Source: Candidatus Latescibacterota bacterium
GTDB taxonomy: Bacteria; Latescibacterota; UBA2968; UBA8231
Direction of reading: 5' to 3'
Length of the DNA: 64,000 bases
NCBI GenBank assembly: GCA_965215195.1
Contig: CBDCDC010000002.1
Location: 160,001-224,000 of the forward strand
In this document: positions 59,341 through 64,000 of the stretch, one piece after another
How the letters are laid out: every line of letters begins with the position of its first letter
How positions within the stretch are numbered: the stretch's first letter is position 1
Notes under the pieces: model-generated
What the model saw: the letters and a program-made list of their open reading frames with translations, nothing else
The model's database searches: none
Told to the model about the DNA's origin: nothing
Position numbers and translations under genes: made by a program

Positions 59341-60441
59341 ATGACGGCTCTACTAGAAAATGGCATCGACCTAGAATTGGCGAGCGGGGGCACTGAGTTC
59401 GCGCTGCCGGCCGAGTTGGAGGCGCGCGAACCGGCCGAAGCGCGCGGGTTGGCCAGAGACGAGGTGCGTTTGCTGGTTACATCAGGTGCGGGAAAAGCCG
59501 AGCACGCGATTTTCCGCCAGCTACCCGATTTCTTGCGGGCGGGCGACCTGCTGGTGATCAATACCAGCGCGACCCTGCCGGCCGCGCTCAAGGGCCAGCG
59601 GGCGGACGGCAGCGCGGTGGAGGTGCATCTTTCGACGCGGCTGCCGGCTGGGATGTGGAGCGCGGAATTGCGCCGGCCAGCCGCTGGGGCCAGCCGGGTC
59701 TTCTATGGGGGCCGGGCTGGCGAAGTGATCGCGCTGGCCGGCCGTGGGCAGCTCAAACTCTACGCACCGTACAGCGAAGATCGGCGCACCCAAAGGGCGG
59801 ACCGGGTGCGGCTGTGGGTGGCGCGGTTGGCCACGTATCCGCTGCCGTGGGCAGACTATCTGCACACCCACGGCTTTCCCATCCGCTACGAGTACGTGGA
59901 GCAAAGCTGGCCTCTGGCCTATTACCAGACCGCTTTCGCCAGCGAACCCGGCAGCGCCGAGATGCCTTCGGCCGGCCGGGCCTTTACCCCAGAGCTGATA
60001 ACCCGGCTAGTGGCCAACGGCGTGCAGATCGCGCCCTTGGTGCTACACACTGGAGTAGCCAGCTTGGAGGAAGGCGAGCCGCCCTACGCCGAGTACTACG
60101 AGGTGCCCGAGCCGACCGCCCAGCAGATCGACCACGTCCGCGCCACCGGGGGACGGGTAGTGGCGGTCGGCACGACCGTAGTCCGCGCCGTAGAAAGCGT
60201 TGCCGACGACCGCGGAAGGGTCCGCGCAGGCGAGGGGTGGACGCGGTTGGTAATAGGCGAGGAGCATCGGCTGCGAGCCATAGATGGCCTGCTGACGGGC
60301 TTTCACGAGCCAAGAGCCTCGCATCTGCAGATGCTACGGGCGCTGGCCGGGATCAAACACCTGCGGCGGGCGTATCAGGAGGCCTTGGCGGCGAGATATC
60401 TGTGGCACGAATTCGGCGACATGCACTTGATCCTGCCGTGA
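59341..60441 (+). CDS. queA: QueA-like protein (S-adenosylmethionine:tRNA ribosyltransferase-isomerase family, divergent type)
   Basis: GDLLVINTS, YYQTAFA, SAEMPSAGRAFT, VAVGTTVVRAVES, LTGFHEP, YLWHEFGDMHLI. Confidence 0.85.
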   Translation: MTALLENGIDLELASGGTEFALPAELEAREPAEARGLARDEVRLLVTSGAGKAEHAIFRQLPDFLRAGDLLVINTSATLPAALKGQRADGSAVEVHLSTRLPAGMWSAELRRPAAGASRVFYGGRAGEVIALAGRGQLKLYAPYSEDRRTQRADRVRLWVARLATYPLPWADYLHTHGFPIRYEYVEQSWPLAYYQTAFASEPGSAEMPSAGRAFTPELITRLVANGVQIAPLVLHTGVASLEEGEPPYAEYYEVPEPTAQQIDHVRATGGRVVAVGTTVVRAVESVADDRGRVRAGEGWTRLVIGEEHRLRAIDGLLTGFHEPRASHLQMLRALAGIKHLRRAYQEALAARYLWHEFGDMHLILP

Positions 60442-60558
60442 GCAGAGCTGACTCTTGTTTGCAATCTGCCGTGCGGAATTGTCTTTAGGCCGCTTTATGC
60501 CTATTTTTGAACTTTCTGCAGTTGAAAGTCCGCAATCCGCAAATCACATAGGTCCACG

Positions 60559-61527
60559 ATGAAAGCAGTGCGTTTCCACCAATGCGGAGGCCCTGAGGTC
60601 CTCACCTATGAGGACGTGCCTGCGCCCACGCCGGGGCCGGGCGAGGCCGTAGTTGAAATCAAAGCCATCGGCTTAAATTATATCGACACCTATCACCGCG
60701 AAGGGCTGTACCCAGTTGAGCTGCCCTGCATCCCCGGCATGGAAGCGGCCGGGGTCGTCGCGCGCGTCGGCACGGGCGTAGAGGGCGTACAAGTGGGCGA
60801 CCGCGTGGCCTATGCCGGGGTGATGGGGTCGTATGCCGCAGAAGCGGCTGTGTCCGCCGACCGCTTGGTCCCCTTGCCGGCCGCCGCGTCCTATCAGGTG
60901 GGGGCCGCGGCTTTGCTGCAAGGCATGACGGCGCATTACCTCGCCCATGGGTCCTATCGGCTGGGCCGCGAAGACACGGCCCTGATCCACGCCGGGGCCG
61001 GCGGCGTGGGCCTGCTCTTGATTCAGATGGCCAAGCGGTGCGGAGCGCGAGTGTTTTGCACGGTCTCGACCGCGGAAAAGGAAGAGTTGGCGCGGGGCGC
61101 TGGGGCCGACGAGGTCATCCGCTATACCGAGCGCGATTTTGAACGGGACGCGATGGCACTCACCGACGGGCGCGGGGTCGATGTGGTGTACGATTCGGTG
61201 GGCCAGGCGACCTTTGACAAGAGCTTAAACGTGCTCAAGCCCTTGGGCTACTTGGTGTTGTTTGGTCAGTCGAGTGGCCCGGTCCCGCCCTTTGACCCCG
61301 GCATCCTCAGCGCCAAGGGGTCGCTGTTTTTGACGCGGCCGACCATGCTGCACTACATCCAGACCCGCGAGGACCTATTGGAACGCGCCGGCGCGGTGTT
61401 GGAATGGATCGCCAGTGGCGAGTTAGCCCTGCGCATCAGCGCTCAGTTCGGCTTGTCGGACGCGGCGGCAGCCCACCGCGCCTTGCAGGGGCGCAAGACG
61501 ACCGGCAAGGTCGTCCTCATACCGTGA
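60559..61527 (+). CDS. qor: NADPH:quinone oxidoreductase (MDR family)
   Basis: GGPEVL, IGLNYIDTY, LQGMTAHYL, HAGAGGVG, GSLFLTRP, TTGKVVLIP. Confidence 0.93.
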   Translation: MKAVRFHQCGGPEVLTYEDVPAPTPGPGEAVVEIKAIGLNYIDTYHREGLYPVELPCIPGMEAAGVVARVGTGVEGVQVGDRVAYAGVMGSYAAEAAVSADRLVPLPAAASYQVGAAALLQGMTAHYLAHGSYRLGREDTALIHAGAGGVGLLLIQMAKRCGARVFCTVSTAEKEELARGAGADEVIRYTERDFERDAMALTDGRGVDVVYDSVGQATFDKSLNVLKPLGYLVLFGQSSGPVPPFDPGILSAKGSLFLTRPTMLHYIQTREDLLERAGAVLEWIASGELALRISAQFGLSDAAAAHRALQGRKTTGKVVLIP

Positions 61528-61547
61528 AGTAGCCAAGGAGGTAGGCC

Positions 61548-62792
61548 ATGGCAGAGGCAGATTCAAAGGACGAACTAACCCCGGCCGCAGGCCCCGATGC
61601 ACAAGGCGCGGACTTTGCCCAGATGCTCGACGCCGAAGGGGCACCACCGGCTCCGACCACTCATGCGGTCGCAGTTGGCACCGAGGTCAGCGGCGTGATC
61701 GTCAAGGTCGAGGACGAGAACAGCTTTGTCGAGTACGGCAGTCGGGAAGAGGCCATAATCCGCACCAGCGAGCTCAAAGGCCCCGATGGGGAAATGCGCT
61801 ACAAGGTCGGCGACCCGGTCTCGGCGTTTGTCGTGGCCGCCGGGGACGAGGTCCAGCTCAGCCGCGGATTGAGCCGCCAAGCCGCCGAGGCCGACTTGCT
61901 CTACCAGGCGTACAAGGCCGGGCTGCCGGTCGAGGGCCGGGTCGACGCGGTCAACAAGGGGGGGTTGGGCGTGACCATCGAGGGCGACGTGCGCGGTTTT
62001 TGCCCGATTTCGCACGTCAATACCCAGTACGTGAAAAACGCCGAAGAGTACCGCGGCCAGACCTTGACCTTTAAGATCATCGAGTTCCGCCACCAGGGCC
62101 GCGTTATCGTCCTGTCGCGCCGGGCCTTGCTCGAAGCCGAGCAGGACAAGGCCGCCGGCTTGGTGCGCAGTCAGCTAAAGAAGGGTGCGCAACTGGCGGG
62201 CAAGGTGAAGCGGCTGGAGTCTTTTGGGGCTTTCGTGGATTTGGGTTCCGGGGTGGAGGGCTTGGTCCACGTCTCGGAGATCAGCCATCGGCGCGTCGGC
62301 CATCCCGAGGAGGTCCTCGCGGTGGGGCAGCAGGTCCAAGTCGAGGTCTTGCGCACCAAGGAGTTGGGCAAGCGGCGCAAGGAGCGGATCTCGCTTTCGC
62401 TCAAGGCACTCGAAAAGGACCCTTGGCAAGAGATAAAAGAGCAGTTCGCAGTCGGCACGGTCGTCGCCGGCAAGGTCGATGGACTGGAGGATTTTGGCGC
62501 GTTTGTCGAGCTGGCCGACGGTGTGCGCGGCTTGGTCCACGTCTCGGAGATCGCCGACCGCCGCATCGGCCACCCGCGCGAGGTTCTCTCGCTCGGGGAA
62601 GAGGTCAAGGTGGTGGTGCTCGAAGTGGATGTCCGCCGCCAGCGCTTGCGCCTGTCGATTGCCCAAGTCGATGCCCTCGAATCCAAGGCCCATCTCGCCG
62701 AGTTCCGCCAGCGGCAGGAGCAGGAGCAGGAAGCAGTGCAGGGCAGCAGCACCATGCTCGACGCGCTCAGACGCGCCAATCTGACCGATTGA
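61548..62792 (+). CDS. S1 RNA-binding domain protein (four S1 domains, short RpsA-like)
   Basis: Repeated FGAFV..EGLVHVSEI motifs. Confidence 0.9.
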   Translation: MAEADSKDELTPAAGPDAQGADFAQMLDAEGAPPAPTTHAVAVGTEVSGVIVKVEDENSFVEYGSREEAIIRTSELKGPDGEMRYKVGDPVSAFVVAAGDEVQLSRGLSRQAAEADLLYQAYKAGLPVEGRVDAVNKGGLGVTIEGDVRGFCPISHVNTQYVKNAEEYRGQTLTFKIIEFRHQGRVIVLSRRALLEAEQDKAAGLVRSQLKKGAQLAGKVKRLESFGAFVDLGSGVEGLVHVSEISHRRVGHPEEVLAVGQQVQVEVLRTKELGKRRKERISLSLKALEKDPWQEIKEQFAVGTVVAGKVDGLEDFGAFVELADGVRGLVHVSEIADRRIGHPREVLSLGEEVKVVVLEVDVRRQRLRLSIAQVDALESKAHLAEFRQRQEQEQEAVQGSSTMLDALRRANLTD

Positions 62793-62793
62793 G

Positions 62794-64000
62794 ATGGGGC
62801 TGGCCCACGCCATTTTTAATCACCAGCGCCCCGGGTACTACGGCGAGTACGGCGGGGCCTTTATCCCCGAAATCCTGCGCACTACCCTCGACGAACTGAC
62901 CCAAGTCTTTGAGGCCGCGCGCCGCGATCCCTCCTTTTGGGCCGAGTTCGAGCAGGTGATGCGGACGTATTCCTGCCGGCCGACCCCGATTACGTACCTC
63001 GAAAATCTCTCCCGCGAGGTCGGCGGGGCGCGGATCTTTCTCAAGCGCGAAGATCTCAACCACACCGGAGCCCACAAGGTCAACAACGTCATGGGCCAGG
63101 GCTTGTTGGTGCGCCGCATGGGCAAAAGCCGGGTCATTGCCGAGACCGGGGCCGGCCAGCACGGCGTGGCCACGGCCACCATGGCCGCCCGCTTGGGGCT
63201 AGAATGCACCGTCTATATGGGGGCCGTTGATGTCGAGCGTCAGCGGCCCAATGTGTTCTGGATGGAGCAATTAGGGGCCGAGGTGGTGCCGGTGACCGAT
63301 GGCTCGGCCACGCTCAAGGACGCCATCAACGAGAGCCTGCGCGATTGGGCCTATTCCATGGCCGACACCCACTATGTGCTCGGCACGGCTTGCGGCCCGC
63401 ATCCCTTCCCGCAAATCGTGGCCTATTTCCAGCGCATCATCGGCGCGGAGAGCCGCCAACAGATGCTGGATTCGCTGGGGAGTTTGCCCGACCGGGTGTA
63501 CGCCTGCGTCGGCGGCGGGTCCAATGCCACGGGCCTATTCTTGGGGTTCCTCGACGACGCGGCTGTCGAGTTAGTTGGGGTGGAGGCTGGGGGCCGGGGG
63601 CTGGAGACGGGCACCCATGCCGCCCGCTTGGCCGGTCTCGTCGGCACGCCCGGGGTGGCCCAAGGCTACAAGACCTTCTTCTTCCAAGACGCCGAAGGCC
63701 AAATGCGGCACACCCATTCGGTGGCAGCCGGGCTAGACTACATCGGCGTCAGTCCGATTCTCGCGCACTTGGCCGAGATGGGCCGGGTGCGCATTGAGGC
63801 CGCGACCGACGCGGAAGTGATCGAGGCCCTCAAGCGGATGATGCGCAGCGAGGGGATCATCGGCGCGCTCGAAAGCGTCCACGCCTTGGCCGGGGCCCTG
63901 CGCGAAGTGGGCGAGATGCCGCCCGACCAAGCTGTGCTAATCGGCCTGTCGGGCCGCGGCGACAAGGACATTTTCACCATCGCCAGCGCGCTCGCGGACG
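62794..64000 (+). CDS. trpB: Tryptophan synthase beta chain, runs off the window end (absent from the ORF track)
   Basis: Hand translation GYYGEYGGAFIPE, LKREDLNHTGAHKVNN, IAETGAGQHG, CVGGGSNA, LSGRGDKD. Confidence 0.96.
   Translation, partial: MGLAHAIFNHQRPGYYGEYGGAFIPEILRTTLDELTQVFEAARRDPSFWAEFEQVMRTYSCRPTPITYLENLSREVGGARIFLKREDLNHTGAHKVNNVMGQGLLVRRMGKSRVIAETGAGQHGVATATMAARLGLECTVYMGAVDVERQRPNVFWMEQLGAEVVPVTDGSATLKDAINESLRDWAYSMADTHYVLGTACGPHPFPQIVAYFQRIIGAESRQQMLDSLGSLPDRVYACVGGGSNATGLFLGFLDDAAVELVGVEAGGRGLETGTHAARLAGLVGTPGVAQGYKTFFFQDAEGQMRHTHSVAAGLDYIGVSPILAHLAEMGRVRIEAATDAEVIEALKRMMRSEGIIGALESVHALAGALREVGEMPPDQAVLIGLSGRGDKDIFTIASALAD

Overview
A GC-rich bacterial chromosomal segment. 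It carries housekeeping and metabolic genes (partial asd, lysC, recG, murG-mraY, an rpsA-like S1 protein, partial trpB, two phytanoyl-CoA dioxygenases, M20 peptidases, oxidoreductases) interrupted by accessory or defence DNA. The centre (about 25.4-44.9 kb) is a mosaic type III-B CRISPR-Cas locus. In order it holds cas6; a low-GC cmr1-cas10-cmr3-[CARF/RelE-like, Cami1-type]-cmr4-cmr5-cmr6 operon whose Cmr6 is fused to a cold-shock domain; a TPR-primase-polymerase (CAPP), cas1 and cas2; and a leader with a 32-repeat array. Directly after the array come a truncated P-loop gene start, an apparently intact group II intron-type RT/maturase/HNH ORF with no visible ribozyme on either side, and a CARF-HEPN gene. 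A second family of three variant CRISPR repeats follows, two of which bracket a 105-aa ORF. The most promising candidate for a new system is this combination of an intron-less RT, CAPP-Cas1-Cas2, Cmr6-CSD and the gene-containing mini-array. Other accessory features are a CfrBI-like type II R-M pair, an ECF sigma/anti-sigma/caspase-like module, three toxin-less antitoxin remnants, a MurG-HEAT fusion and decayed defence-gene fragments. All family assignments come from motif recognition by eye; no database searches were run.
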